Source: Octopus vulgaris (lineage: Eukaryota). From it: a stretch of 64,000 nucleotides of DNA. Under the pieces are notes generated by a model that did not search any database, had not been told where the DNA came from, and worked only from the letters and a program-made list of their open reading frames with translations. This document shows, one piece after another, positions 1 to 14,451 of the stretch. Location: NCBI GenBank assembly GCA_951406725.2, contig OX597818.1, positions 66,402,001 to 66,466,000 on the forward strand, in the 5' to 3' direction. Made by a program: the position numbers and the translations under genes. Every line of letters begins with the position of its first letter. Within the stretch, counting starts at the first letter, position 1.

Positions 1-9
1 TGTAAATGA

Positions 10-371
10 TTCATTCATTTGAGTATGACCATGCTAGAGCAACGCTATGAATTGTTTAGTCGAAAAGGCTACACTGGTACATAATATTACGTCTGGCATT
101 TCTTCTTACGGAACTTTTTTGCCAAAACACTAGGTTAACGTGGTGTAAAAATATCAACGTTGGTGGTGAGATGGAAGCAGACACACAGACAATCCATCCC
201 GCGCGCGAACACACTCACGGAGCTTCTTACAAGTTCCATCCGTCAGATAAACTCACATGCATTTTTTCGTTGGAGTGTATACTGGAAGACACCTGTCCCA
301 AGTGTCACAAAGTCGAACTGTAAATGTAGATATGTGGCTAGGAAGCAAGCTTTTAGCCAACGACACCTACG
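10..371 (-). mobile_element. tRNA-derived SINE family A, diverged copy
   Basis: Reverse complement aligns by eye to the intact copy at 61372-61770 (CCATGCTAGAGCA, GAAGACACCTGTCCCAAG blocks). Confidence 0.7.
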
Positions 372-479
372 ACTATATTCTTTTATGCATATAATTACAC
401 TCATACACGAACATACTTGTATATATACCCATCCACTGTGTTTAGCCACTTGTGGGTAGTAAAGAAATATATATATATA

Positions 480-851
480 TCTTTATATATAAAAGAGAGG
501 TTGTGTGCTGTCTGTCTCCTATGATTTAGATTCCTAACTACTCCTACATTTTGCGGTGCAGTTTAACCAAAACCGGGTACCTTATAGTCGTGATGCATAT
601 CGAGTCCCTTTTGGGTATTAGCGCGCGTCTACGATGAGTCTACGATGAGTCTACGATTTAAAAAAATTACCATCAATTTTTCCCATTTTAATGCTTATTT
701 GGCATATATAAGGGAAGTTACTCTCTAAAAATTTATTATCAAATCTCAGAACGTAAAAAGCTACAGTAACACCCCCTCCCCTTTACATCTCTAAAAATGC
801 TTATATAGTTATTTCCTTTACAAACCCGAGCAACGCCGGGCGATACTGCTA

Positions 852-852
<1 letters not shown>
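480..852 (+). mobile_element. Non-autonomous Helitron
   Basis: 5' TC at 480-481 after A; subterminal hairpin CCCG-AGCAACGC-CGGG at 825-840; 3' CTAG at 849-852 before T; no TSD; homologous copy at 55498-55886. Confidence 0.85.
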
Positions 853-909
<57 letters not shown>

Positions 910-1749
910 GTGCGCGCGCGCGCGCGTGTGTGAGTGTGTGTGTGTAGGTATGTGTGCGTGTGTGTGTGTGTTTATGATGCAGATGAAGATGCATGTAGGC
1001 AATTTTACAATTAATGAAACTTATACAGAATGAGAAAGAACTAAATACTCGATGCACCCAACGTGTCAGGCGTTTGCAGTGTTTCGCTTATACTGGCTGT
1101 TGCTCTTTTCATAGTGTCTGTATAATATTGTAGGTATATCGAAGAAACTCTGTAATCGGAAACATAGTTGTAGACATTCGAAGTATATAAATAAATGTTT
1201 GCCTTTATACTGGTTTCCCATGTCATTTCTTACACACGCACACACACGCACGCACACACCAAAAAACACACACACACACACGTACACTTGAAGCACATAC
1301 ATACGCATACACGTACACGTGTGCCTTCGTGCGCACGCACACGCTCTCACATGCCGGGAAGCAGTCACAGGCAAACTTTTCACCCTCAAAATCGCGATCT
1401 ATGATCGGTGATTGAAATACTTTGTTACAGAAATGATTAACTAAAAGTTTGCCGGAATCCCCACTAGCTGTACATCGCAGTATGAAAAGTGATACCACCG
1501 AGGTACTCTCTGCTCAACCCTAAGAAGACAACCTAGAGTAATTTTGGCAGGAAAATATCTGTCATGTACATGCATGCATACGTAAGTACAAAATACATAC
1601 ATGGATTCTTATACACCTACATACACGCATGCATGTATGCATACATACATGTATACTTACATACATACATATATATATACATACATACATGCGTACGTAC
1701 CTAGACACTTAGTTACCTAAACATGTATAGAGCAGAACGCTCTCACTGT

Positions 1750-2420
1750 CTTCGCGTTACGTGCGTTTAAATGGTCCGGTAGGGCGATATTATTGAACAA
1801 TATGGCAAGTATAGTAATTTCGCAGTTTAAATATGAGCACATTATTTATTGTGGTAAAAACCTCCCATCGTTCCCTTCTCTCCACATTGCAGCTTCCGTA
1901 TCAGGGCGCACATTCTTTAGTTGTAACTTATGTAGACGTATTAATTTACTACCTCGACTTCATTGCTTCCACATTCGTTTCCGCCATGTGGTACAGTTTT
2001 GAACCACATGTTTGATTCGATGCATTTCATTTTCAATTCTATTGGCAACCTATACTGTTTATTTCCGTCTGTATTATGTGCAGCGGATCTCTGCTTCTGA
2101 CCGATGTATACAATTTCATCTGCGATTCGGAAGTGTGTTAGTAATTGATATTCAATTAACCTTTCCAGTTTCTGTCTCTCGAGATCACTTCTAAATATAC
2201 AGAGAAGTGTTCAAGTGTTCTGGAGAGATAATATCTCCTTCTGGATACCATTCTCAGTTGTAACAACCACTGGTGACAATAGCGGTGCTAAATCAGTGGT
2301 TTCTACAGAAACTGATTGCCTGTGTATTGTGCCTTAACAAATACCTTTCCGGAGATATCAGCACTGCTTCATCTCCACACCATCGATTGTCATTTCGTAG
2401 TAAACGAAAGCGATGCACAA
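1750..2420 (-). pseudogene. Degraded RTE-clade LINE reverse transcriptase fragment
   Basis: Frameshifted minus-strand translation gives GDIISPEH (QGDxISP), LLTHFRIADEIV (HLRFADDIV), EVEVVN*YVYI and LAILFNNIALP. Confidence 0.65.
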
Positions 2421-2479
2421 ATGCAAATCATAATTCATTCGCTCGTTCTAGGTGCTCATGTAAATAGAGCAATACGAAG

Positions 2480-2980
2480 TAGCAATACAAAGAGAGATCG
2501 AATCTCTGCGTGCTGATGTGTCAGATCTCGATGCACTTGCTATGGGATTAAATGTTAAAGACGAAGCTAGCTAGGAAAATCCAGTTTTATAAACTTCCCC
2601 GCAACCAAGGAAGGATTGAAGCAATGAATGCAACTGAAAGCACAACGGCTTAGAAGGGATGATAAAAACAATTAAATTTTTTATCGACAAAACAAGACAT
2701 TGAAGCCGGATGCAAAGAAAGTTTTTTGGGGTGTTTACAAAAGTAATCCACAAGCTACCTAAGACTGAGGAAATGGAGAGTTTTGGAAGAAGATATTTAT
2801 CAAAACAAAATGGAATATAATGATAAATCAGACTGGAGTGAGCTTGAGAAAGGGAAACTGGATGAAGTTGAAGAGAAATAGAAGAGGTTCTTAGGAAGCC
2901 TCACAAATGGAAAACCCCTGGACTGGAATAAATTCCTAACTTCTGGCTAAATTGTCTGACAGAAGTACATAGAAGTACAC
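2480..2980 (+). pseudogene. R4/Dong-type LINE ORF fragment (region upstream of RT)
   Basis: Translates to LKAQRLRR..FYRQNK..DAKK and WKTPGLE*IPNFWL, parallel to KAQGIRRY..EQNK and WKAPGHDKIPNFWL in the 34.7-38.9 kb element. Confidence 0.75.
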
Positions 2981-3039
2981 CACAGGTTGCTCTGACTATT
3001 CCCTACAATCATTTTACTTATGAGCAATTTATCTTTGCC

Positions 3040-3385
3040 CCTAAATGCAGAAGTAGTTGAGTGGCACCAGATCCATATGTTGAAACTGTTTGGATAATTA
3101 TCCTTTGTAAACGTGTGTTTCGTTCAAAATCCTTAAATAAATCTTATTGGGGGACCTTTACAATAGGATCGGCTACTCGACCTGAACTGGGCCGTAACTG
3201 CAAGGTCATGCGGTGTTTATCTTGATATAAGATCACCATGTCGCATACATATGGTTGTGATGTGCATGTGCCTAGTGTACCCTTCGTCAGACTATTAGCC
3301 ATGATCTGTATACAGGGCTTCGTATATTTATACCCCACCCTAGTCTCACTTTGATGATATGCACTGCTCTCTCGCTCAATAATTA
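3040..3385 (+). repeat. Interspersed repeat, probable LINE 3' UTR ending in an AAT tail
   Basis: Homologous to 20590-20970 (ATCTTGATATxAGATCACCATG...GCACTGCTCTCTCxCTCA); follows an R4 fragment. Confidence 0.6.
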
Positions 3386-4552
3386 GAAAAACAAACATCA
3401 ACAACAATAAAATCAATATGGATAATAATAATACAGGCGAGTGAGTTCCTACAACTCTGGCTGTAATCCATAGCATTTCCTGAGTACGGTTTCTTGCCAT
3501 ACTTTATCTGCTTAATGATCCTTACTAATAAGTAAATCGCACATAACACGTAAGACAGGCAATTGAGGATCAAAGGGGGGGGGCATCTATATATATTGCA
3601 AAACCGATTTAAGCGTTTGTATACGAGATGTGCGGTTTACATAAGAGCAGGGTTAATAATGTTTAGTTGACCTGTAGCGGGAGATATTACAGAACCTGAT
3701 CGCAAGAGCACAAACTGATCTTTGTGTATTCATTTTCTTAGAATGTTGTTGTTTTGGTAACTTTCCATTGCCTTTACCTCGTGATTGTTTGAGCAATATC
3801 TTCTTCAGTAAAGTCTTCAGCCGTTTCCAAATCGTAAAATCTTTTCAGAAAATATATTTTTCTCCTATTACAAAACATATTTTTGAATTCACTTTTTCAT
3901 GCAATATGTTAAAAGACTACGGTGAGTACGTCGCAGAATTTCAGTGTGGGTATTCAAGTGGGGCGAATATTCTTTATTTCTATTCCCATTGTACTAGAAA
4001 TCCGGGAGCAGTATCAAATATAAACCAATATTTTAGGTTTCTTTCCATGAAGGTAACAATATGCTTCCCATGTGATTCATGCCATACAATTCCATTGGTG
4101 CTGGCAGAGTTGTACCACAATTTATTGTTTCGTGAGCTCGTGTCCTATTGCAATAATTGATATCACCGTAAGTAAAATATACCTAGATATTTGCAATGTA
4201 TAATAATAAACGAGCAAAATTCGACATATAACAAACACTATCAATTCATAAACATTTCCTAGGAATATCGTCTTTTGTCGAATTACCTTCAATGGAAAGA
4301 ATACCACCCAAAAATACATCGATTCCAAGAATTTTTTTTTCTTTCTGCAATAGATTATCCGTGTGCCCCTTTTTCAGAGAATGATATCAAGAAATGGATA
4401 AATAATAAAAGGAAAAGAGGGAAACACAGATAGAGGGAGACAGAGAAACACCGGCAGTCCCAGAAAAAGAGAAGGAAAGAGAGAGAATCCCTTTACACAA
4501 TCTGCATTTAATGGACTGTTTTGTCACGCAAGCGTATTTCTGTGTGTATATG

Positions 4553-4602
<50 letters not shown>

Positions 4603-5619
4603 TTATTATGGGAGTATGAAACGTTACATCGTTTTACCTGGCATATTGTAAGGTCAGAAACTGCATATTTATACCTGGCTGAGAAACTTGAATGGAACAG
4701 GTGTCACCAGAATGACAGAAACAGGCAACTGAAAGAAAAAATGTTGCGTACATTCAAAATTTTATCGTTAACGGATTTGGTTCAAATCCAGGTGATATTT
4801 ATTTTAGTTTTTCATAGACACGGCCCGATAAATCAAAATATCAGATAAGTATACCATACAATTTAATGAAATATATGCTCCCAGCTATTATCTGGAAATG
4901 TGCCAAAGCTTAAATTGAATATTATGTAAGGGAAGATTATAAACCTACGACGAAAAGAATGCCATATAGAATACTGTTAATGATGTAGACGGAAAATTTT
5001 CAATAACAAATGTTGAAATAAAATTCTCACCAAATTGCATAAGAGAAACATTGAAAATATCGGAGAGACACAAAAGAATGAAATAAATAGGAAAAATAAA
5101 CGAGAAAAAAAAACAACTTTCAAGCTAGCAGCATTTAGGAAATATATATTTGTAATTATATTAATGGGATATTAATTTCTGTTATTTATTCCATAAGTCT
5201 CGGTAACTTATACATTGATTGCCAAATTCTTACAGACATATTTCTGACATACACTACACTTCCTATGCTATGCATTTGTTTGCTATAAGCACACACACAT
5301 ATACACACGAAATAAATAAAAAAAAACCATTCATAGTAACACACGTAGGCCACAGACGAATATACTCACACAGAAACTGTTACACTGTATCTCACATTTA
5401 TGCATACGCACATGAACACATACACAAATACATATGGATTTATGTTTATGTATAACTGCTTAGATATGTTTATATGTCTCTATGTATGGGCATACACACA
5501 TACACACATATGCACGCAAACACACTCACACACAAACACACACACGTATGTACATTATTTATATTATTTATTTGATGAATATTTTTGCTCATCTTCTTTC
5601 TGATATACCCTACATAACA

Positions 5620-5790
5620 TGGAAAAATACCTTAGGAATGAGAATCCAGGTTCGAAATTTCCTCAAGACACCCGATGAGGGCTGGAAGGTACATCAACCG
5701 AAATGGTGTGTTGACAACAAACAAGATGATGGAAAATATCTATCAAATGTAAATAATGTACTTAATTCCTCATCTCTTAAATATAAAACT
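5620..5790 (+). mobile_element. Penelope-like pLTR remnant with decayed hammerhead
   Basis: GACAC-CCGATGA-GGGCTG..CAACC-GAAA-TGGT-GTGTT at 5667-5712. Confidence 0.5.
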
Positions 5791-5930
5791 GTAATATATA
5801 TATATGTAAATACATATATATGCATGTATATGTGTGTGTGTGTGTACTCTTTTACTGTTTTACTCGTTTCAGCCATGCGGCTGTTGTCATGCTGGAGCAC
5901 ACAGACACACAGATGCATATTCACATATGC

Positions 5931-6367
<437 letters not shown>

Positions 6368-7478
6368 AAAATTGAAGTCTATACAAAAACAAAGACGTAG
6401 AGAAGTGTAGGAAAAAACAAGTGCAATAGTTTGTTGCTCGGGAGAAATGGGAGATTCTTATGTGTGTTTGTGTGTGTGTGTGTGTGATTTACTATCTACT
6501 CGGTCGTTAATACAGAAAAATAACACCATTCACATGATATTACACTAAGTCAAAACAACCTGGAGCACAAGGCGAACCATGTTGCGAGAATTTAAACTAC
6601 TTGGAGTACAATAAGAACCCTACTGCGAGGTCGATATCGGAAAGATTGTGCCCTGTGCTCGCTAAGGTTTTATTGGAACCAAATTAATTTTTAAATTAAT
6701 ATATTAGAGTTGAGTCTTTGAAGATCATGGAGTCCTGATCTGTTTACACCGTAGCCATGAGGCAATGTTTTCGTTCTTTCGTGGTCAACGTCTGAAGGTG
6801 GATATAAATTTGAACTGAGTTGGAACTTTTTAACATGGCATCGATTTAAACAATATAATTCACAAGTGATGTACATCATATTCCCAAGTAATATGAAACG
6901 AAATAATTATGGTGTTGATGGTAATGATTAGAATGGCAATAACAACAGGAATAACGTCAACAACAAAATCAACAACGATAATAATTATAACAATGGCGAA
7001 ATGAAGATTATAAAGAAGAATGAAACCAACTACTACGTGCAGCAACCGGGCGGAGGCAATTGTAAACACAAGTGCACTAAAGGTTATGATGATGATGGCG
7101 ATGATGATGATGATGACGAAGAAGAGGAACAGGAAGAAGAAGATAATGACAATAATAATATTAATAATAATTTGAATTAGAAAATAATAAACAAAGTAAA
7201 AATGAAGATATAAGAGAAGAAGGAGAATGCCATCGATTCAGTGAATGAGAGGAGTGAAGCAATGAATTTTAGAAGTAATCATGATAAATTATGGTAGTTC
7301 GATTTGTATTAGAAGAAATTCAAGAATCCTACAATTTCAGGAATCCAATAACGAAATTAACGGCGCGATTCTTTATTGATGGATTTGCTCCAACATGGAA
7401 CAATTAATTAAATCTAGGATTTACTCGTTTGTTTTATTCATACACGCACACAGCACAAACACGCACTCATGCACATAG

Positions 7479-7512
<34 letters not shown>

Positions 7513-7594
7513 TTATATATATATATATATATAATTATACACACATGTTTGTGTTTATTTAATACATGTGTATTTGCATGAGTGTATACATACA

Positions 7595-7646
<52 letters not shown>

Positions 7647-8114
7647 TATGTACACATATTGCTTAATTGTTGAAATGCATGTATGCATATGTGTGCGGGC
7701 ACAGACACACAATCAAACACAGACATTGTTTACAATAACATATGCTTGCATCCAATTGCCGCTAGAAGGTTAGAAAGCAAGATAGAAATAAATGTAAAAG
7801 AATAATCCGCCAATATTATTAGCGATATAATGAACACTTTCGTGACCACAATGAGATCAGCAAATAAACAAACTTAAGGTTCGCTGATGAAATATGTGTT
7901 TAATGAGACAGCACTGCAAACGCATATAGTGTGCATGTCATAAAATCTTTTCGTAAAATGTTTAGAAACATTGATGTTGAAATGAATATTGTACAGGAAC
8001 TTCATAGTGTCCTACTATATAATGATGTTCATGCTACAGATCCATCGATGAATATATACACACTCATATTGTAATGAACACATATATACTTATACGTAAA
8101 TGTAAATATATATA

Positions 8115-8400
8115 GTTGCAAGCGTGGTTATGTGGAAAGAAGATTGTTCCTTAATCACATGATTCCGGGTTTAGTCCCGGGAATTTAGGTAAGTGTCTTT
8201 TAATAGTGCTAACGTAAAACTTGTGAGTGAATTTGGTACAAGGAATTGAAATAAAACTTGTCTTGTGTGTGTGTGCGCGCCTTAGTGCCTGTGCCCCCCT
8301 TCACTTCACTGCTTAACAACCAGTACTCACAACAAATACTGGGATAGATTTGTTCGTCTAAAATAATTCAAGTTGCTGCCCCAGGATGGCCACACTCAGG
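8115..8400 (+). mobile_element. SINE family A, strongly diverged
   Basis: GGGTTTAGTCCC B-box, GTAAGTGTCTT and CTTGTGAGTGAATTTGGT match 61372-61770. Confidence 0.65.
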
Positions 8401-9970
8401 AAAGAAGGGGGAAGCAAATAAACGATAAACATTTTTAGTCTTATAAATGAGTGATTATTTTTGTGTTTGTGTGTACTTCTATATGTGTGTGTGTGTCCCT
8501 GTGCGTGAGTGTGCGCACGCGAGTTAATGAGTTGATGAGTATATTATGAATGTATATAATCAAACGTAGAAATTTTGCTTTGAAATATTCGTTGTTGATT
8601 GTTTTGGTATCAACGCATTGAAAAGGAATTTTATGACAAAGGAACTTTCTACATTTTGAGTTTGAAAGGACAGAAGACACAATTGCAAAAAACAAAATCT
8701 GCTTCAAATGTTCTGTAAATTACATTTCCAAATCTAAAAGAGACTGGAAATTGTATTGTTTGGTGAATATATGAAATGTAAATGTCAGCAATTGGATTGA
8801 ATATTGTGAAGAATTGAGGATATTGTTTGAAACGATCCTTGACATATAATAGATCTTAATTCAGTGCAATAAACAAGGAAATCCTGATGCATCTCTTCGA
8901 GACAGAATTATAGCATAGTCAAAGATATTGCAAAGGAATTGCTGACTAGAATTACACGTTTCCTTTCAATAGAATCAAATAGCACGGAAGAATTGTAAAT
9001 GTGAAAATGACACATACCCACTGAGAAGCAAGAAAACTGAAGATTGCAATATGGAAAAAAAAATATTGGTTTATATATTGATGTCAAATGTCGAGTAGAA
9101 GGCCCGTTATTTCGGGGGAGAGCCACATGACGGGGTATATTACATAAACGTGCACATTTTTCTGTGCTCTGTTTAATGATAAGGATAGAGATCACAATAG
9201 TAATACTAAAGCAATGTGCGTATAATCTAATTAATTTTATTAATAATGATTCAGTAATTGTGATTATAAACATACAAAGAATAGAAAAAGAAAGAATATA
9301 AATTCTAAAGCAAAATAAATGAAATGACTATTTCATTCATTATTGCATTGCCCACGTATAAATGAATAACTTACACAAGGCTGTTTCCAAAACAATTTCT
9401 TCGAAACATGTAAGAAAAATAAACGCAGCTGATTATTACGAAATAAACAAAACGTTTTACATGCAAACATCTCTCTTTTACACAATTATATATATTTTGT
9501 TAAAATAAAAGTATGTTGTCAGAGTGTAGTCAACAATCACGCGACGTTCTCTTCAAAATTAAAGTTTTCCTTTACTGTAAACATACTTAAGGAATCGTTC
9601 AATCTATTATTCGTTTATTATCATTTACATAAACTACATAGCGACATAAGAATTAGCGCTTTACGTGAGTTATAGACTTATTTAGTTAAAATATTCACGG
9701 CAATATATTGCCCACGTAATATTCAAATCACATGGAGAATGTTTTCCTAGAAATCTATAAAATAAAGTCTTTAACTGATTCAGAAATATACGGTGAATAT
9801 ATCTATGCATGCACTATAGATAGGTGCAAATTCATTGGGTTTTGAAGAACGTTTTGCTGCATATAAGGTATTAGTAATTACCACACAAATATCTAAAAAA
9901 TATTCGTCCATTTTAATTAAGGAGCGACCTATCTTAACAAGACTACACGGGTCATATGTTTCCCTTAATA

Positions 9971-11246
9971 TCAGGTTATCCCATAAGTTCTGAACGAATT
10001 TGGAATAAAGAAAACAACTTATCAAATGTTAATTGAAATTTAATATTCAATGTACTTTCTCTGATTACCTATGACATCCTTCCATCTATTTAAAGTATTT
10101 TAATCCCATCAATTTAAGACACTTTTGGTTTCAAAGCGAAGAACTCTAAAACGTCAGTTTCGATCTCCTCCTGGCTTGCGAAAGTTATGTCCCACAAATG
10201 ATTCTGTAAACTACGAAACAAATGGTAGTCTGAAAGTGCAAGGGCTGGAGAATAAGTTTGACGAGGAATTGTTTTCAAACCAAGCTCTTCCCTCTACTGT
10301 GATGTGATTTTTACAGTGTAGGGTCACGTATTGACCTGATGAAACATCATTCCTTTACGATTCACTAAAGCAAGTATTTTTTACTTCAAAGCTTGGTTCA
10401 AACAATCTAATTGCAGACAGTAGACTTGAGCATTGGTTGTTGCATTATATAGTAACAATTCAATGTGAATTACCCCTTTGCAATCCCATTAGATAGAGAG
10501 AAGAACCGTTTTCTATGAAGTTCCCTTCTCGGTTGTGATTGAGTTTTTTTCCTTTTTACCAAGTCACTGTTTACGAAGTTTAACATTTCAATATAAGATC
10601 CATTTTTCGTCACCAGTCACACGTCTATCCAAAAAGTGTGAAATGAGTTCGCGACAATGAAGAAAAGAGCAGATGTCAACTCGGGATTTGCGGTTACTTT
10701 CGGACAATTCATGAAACACTCATTTTCCAAGTTTAGGAACCTTTCCAAGTTGTTGAAGATGACGATGAACACTTGTATGGTTTGAAGTAAGCTTTATTGC
10801 CAATTCTGCAACTGATAATGCAGGATTTTCTTCAAGTTTTTCCTGAAGGATCTTATCCTCAGACTCAACAGGACTTCGATCTTCATTTTCAAGGCAGAAA
10901 TCTCCACTTTTTAATTTTTCATAACATCTTCTGCAAGTTCTTTCATTCAAGCATTCTTTCCTATAAACTGAGTGTATATTTCGAGTCGTTTCGCCAGCAG
11001 AGTTTCCTTTTTTGTACTAATAAAGCATTATGTGTCTCAAACGCTCTTTCGATTCTTCCATGTTAGAAAAAGCTTTATTCAAAGACATTTTAATTCTATT
11101 ATTCTGTAAAATAATATGTAATTAATTTAAATGTACAAAAGTGCGTAACTTTAATTTTTAATTCTATTACACATTCTAAAATGCTTTTAAATTTCATTCG
11201 GTTTTAAAAAGAGGTAAAATCAGAAAGAACTCATGGGCTGTCCTGA
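9971..11246 (-). mobile_element. Full-length decayed mariner DNA transposon (~1.28 kb)
   Basis: TIRs TCAGGTTATCCCATAAGTTCT and (rc) TCAGGACAGCCCATGAGTTCT, each flanked by TA; internal transposase pseudogene. Confidence 0.93.
10040..11061 (-). pseudogene. Mariner transposase with stops and frameshifts
   Basis: MEESKERLRHIMLY, HTH region (ORF 10720-10950), *VFHEL (WVPHEL), TGDEKW, YSPALALSDYHLFRSLQNHL. Confidence 0.92.
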
Positions 11247-11359
11247 TATTTTCCTCAGAATGAACTGAGGGTGCACCATACACAATCAGTAGGAAACATA
11301 CTGGGTTGTGTATTTCTAGATTATACTGGAGTGTTATGAATTATCAAGATATTGGTTTG

Positions 11360-11560
11360 AACGTTTGACACAAGGTCAGCTATTTTGCGAGATATGAGTA
11401 AACCTACCACATCGAGCCCCAGTGCTCGATATTTTCACGACTCCGGAAGGAGGAAGAAAGGGTCAACCTCAGGGGCATTTCAACTTAGAAACTAAATTCG
11501 AAAGTAATGTCGCTAATAATTTTGTCCGACGCAGTAACGGTTCTACCATTTCGGCACCTC
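11360..11560 (-). mobile_element. SINE family B, diverged
   Basis: Similar to 39322-39524 (ACACAAGG, ATCGAGCCCCAGT, GGTCAACCTC). Confidence 0.55.
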
Positions 11561-12799
11561 ATATGCATTATTAAGATATTACAATGACATTGATTCAGGT
11601 GAATCGAAAGTCATTTTATACCTAAGAAATATGTATAAGGATTAACGACTATCGATTAATTTATAAGGATTAACGATCAACTTTTAGAATCCACATACGT
11701 TTGTTGATTAGTCTTGGAAACTAAACAAGACATAATAAGTATACCAGATAGTTCGTTGGAAGATAGAGTATACTACGCTTACAGACGTATAATTTTGAGC
11801 GAGTCGAAACTCACGGGACAATAAAGAGTTCTTCGTTACCTCATGATTATTGAAACGTTTAACAGCGGAATTCTTTGGATATTTTTGGCATAATCAGGTC
11901 GCTTTATGTACTTATCGCATATGACCGGTATGGCAGTTGACAATTTAGATAATATTTTTGAGTGTTTGATCTCGTCTCAAATGAATTTCTATATAAATAA
12001 ACTAAGAACTTCCTCACATTATACAGACGTGGTGATTTTAACAATTATTTGCGAATTCTTTTCATATATATATTACCGTTTTTGTTCATTCTCACTGTTC
12101 AATTGTTCTCCTAGGAACAGTTTGTCTGCCATTAAGTTTTCCCTGGATATAATCGGCGTCGTTTCAGTGAAGCGTTAGGCAATTTGCTCCCAAGTATATA
12201 TAAGGTGTCTCTATAATACATCTGTCCTTCCACCCACTCTTAGTGAAAAAAATAATAAAATGGGGAGTGCAAACAAAGAAGATTTATCTACTTAAATACA
12301 TGCATTTTATTATCTTTAACTGGTTTTCAATTTTGAGCTCAAATTCCTCTCGGGGTATATCTTTATACTGGCTCCATGAATGTTGCTTTGGAAAGAATGT
12401 TGTATTGCCCTAGAAATGGAAGAAAGGAATAAAGAAATTTCCCTTGTTTCTTATTTATAAGCTAATTGCAAAATATAGCCTAATTTAAAGCTGTTTTCTT
12501 ACTGATGTAACATGGAGTATGGCAAACTAGTTGTAGATTCGTTTTCATGATACAGTAATAAGACTACAATGTTTGAGATAAATTTGACCATATTATGTCC
12601 CTTCTTCTCGGGAAGAGCTTGATGTGAGGGTTAATAGCATTTGAAAGCATAAACTTAAATTTCTAGTTGGAAAACACTTAAATTACATGGAGGACTGCAA
12701 GTCATAAGACGGAAAGTGACGTGTTGCAACGGGGTCTACGAAACCGTGACTTGCAGGAATGCAGAGAGAAGACATACTCATTATGTTCAAGCGCTGAAG

Positions 12800-13330
12800 A
12801 TTATCTTCACAGCTTTGAACAGGGCCTTGCGCTCAATTCAAATAGTTATGTGAGGACAAAACATTTCTGGGATGGTATATGTGCGGCAGAATGGTTCGAT
12901 TCATTGTTAAACCTCGGAAACAGTCAGTAGTGGTTGTCAAGCATTTATATGACTTCACCAGCCTCCCTTTCTAGTATTCTAATACCCCGAATTTTAATCG
13001 CATGGATTACTATGTGTGGAGCATAGTTGAGAAAAAAACATCAATCGCTCTACCAGTAACAGCAGTAGCAGAAGCAGCAGCAACAAAATATCTAGCTGGA
13101 TGTTAAGACAGAAGAAGGGTTCGATGAATTTGTCGTTGGGGATAAAATGAGGAATAGATACGCTAGATTTAGGAGCAGTCTTTACTTAAAGTAGCCGAAA
13201 GCTTCTTTAAGTAAAATGTTGTTTCTCAGTCATAATCTAGTTCGTAATTTAGAATCTTTAAAAAATATGTTTTCTTTTTGGATGGGAGTTTGTGTTTTCT
13301 CTTCCTTTTATGGAAACTGTCAAATTTAGC
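12800..13330 (+). pseudogene. Tc1/mariner-superfamily transposase C-terminal fragment (possibly maT-like)
   Basis: FEQGLALNSNSYV..SQ*WLS..NTPNFNRMDYYVWSIVEK resembles WPPNSPDxNPMDYYVW. Confidence 0.65.
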
Positions 13331-13729
13331 CTGAGAGGAAATGTTAATTACATTTTAATTCTTAAGCGATAAAATTATAAATTCTGTGAGATAATATCAA
13401 TGCCAGCGATGATATGTGACGTATTCGAAAATATATTGAATACAGTGGCATTATCAATCGTAACAGGATTTTTAATCACACACTTCAGTATGATGCTATT
13501 TTCAATAAACCTGTGTTCTGTAGTTCAATGGTGTGTCTGTTTCCAATAAATCTTTCAAAGAGGCTTAGACTGATGTTACATTCGAAATCCAAGTAGGACA
13601 GAAAATATATATTAGAACACTCCTCTATCACTGAAACGAATTTAGATGTGAATGAGTTTTCCCATTCGGTTCCGCCAAAACTAAGTAGCAAATATCCTAG
13701 CTTCATTATTTGCCATCGAATAATCTCAT

Positions 13730-13795
<66 letters not shown>

Positions 13796-13798
<3 letters not shown>

Positions 13799-14237
13799 TT
13801 TGATCACTTTGACCGACCAGTTCGTCAGGCGTCCATTTGACACTGCTGGTCACAGCACGCTGTCCACTCCTCCCTGGAACGCGCATTTCTCATCCAAGTG
13901 ATCCCAATCGTCCTCCTGAAATCATAACTCCACCGCCGTGGAGATCTTCCGGGTGGTCTTTTCCGCTCACGCGTGTACCACTCGTCAACTGCGTGCGTCC
14001 ACCGATTATCGGTGAGCCGGGCGACGTGTCCAGCCCATCTATACTTGCTGCGTGTATACTCTGCGATGACATCTCTCACGCCGGACTTCTTTCTGATGAT
14101 CTTGCTACTTATGTGCTCTCTCAACGAGATACCAAGCATTGACCTTTCCATGGCATTTTGAGCCGTTACCAGTCTTTGCTCTTCTCTCTTTGTGGTAGCC
14201 CATGTTTCACTACCATATAACATTGCAAGCAGAACTG

Positions 14238-14241
<4 letters not shown>
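13796..14241 (-). mobile_element. 5'-truncated RTE LINE (3' end) inserted in (TA)n
   Basis: Uninterrupted ORF 13825-14223 MLYGSETW..RWAGHVAR..RPPGR; short 3' UTR with (CAAAGTGAT)2 tail; TA arrays on both sides. Confidence 0.9.
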
Positions 14242-14301
<60 letters not shown>

Positions 14302-14451
14302 CGATATTGACTGCGGATATGATATAAGACGCATCGATATCGTAACGTAAACTCTTCAGTCCCTGGAAAAATCTGACGTTGTGTACTTCTATAGAATTGT
14401 CAAATAGTTGACAAATAAATGAATTTAAATCATATTTCTTATAATTTAAAT

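Noticed and set aside
8540-9230. Complex non-repetitive stretch that looks like decayed coding DNA
   Set aside because: Stops in the frames I read and no recognisable motif; BLASTx needed
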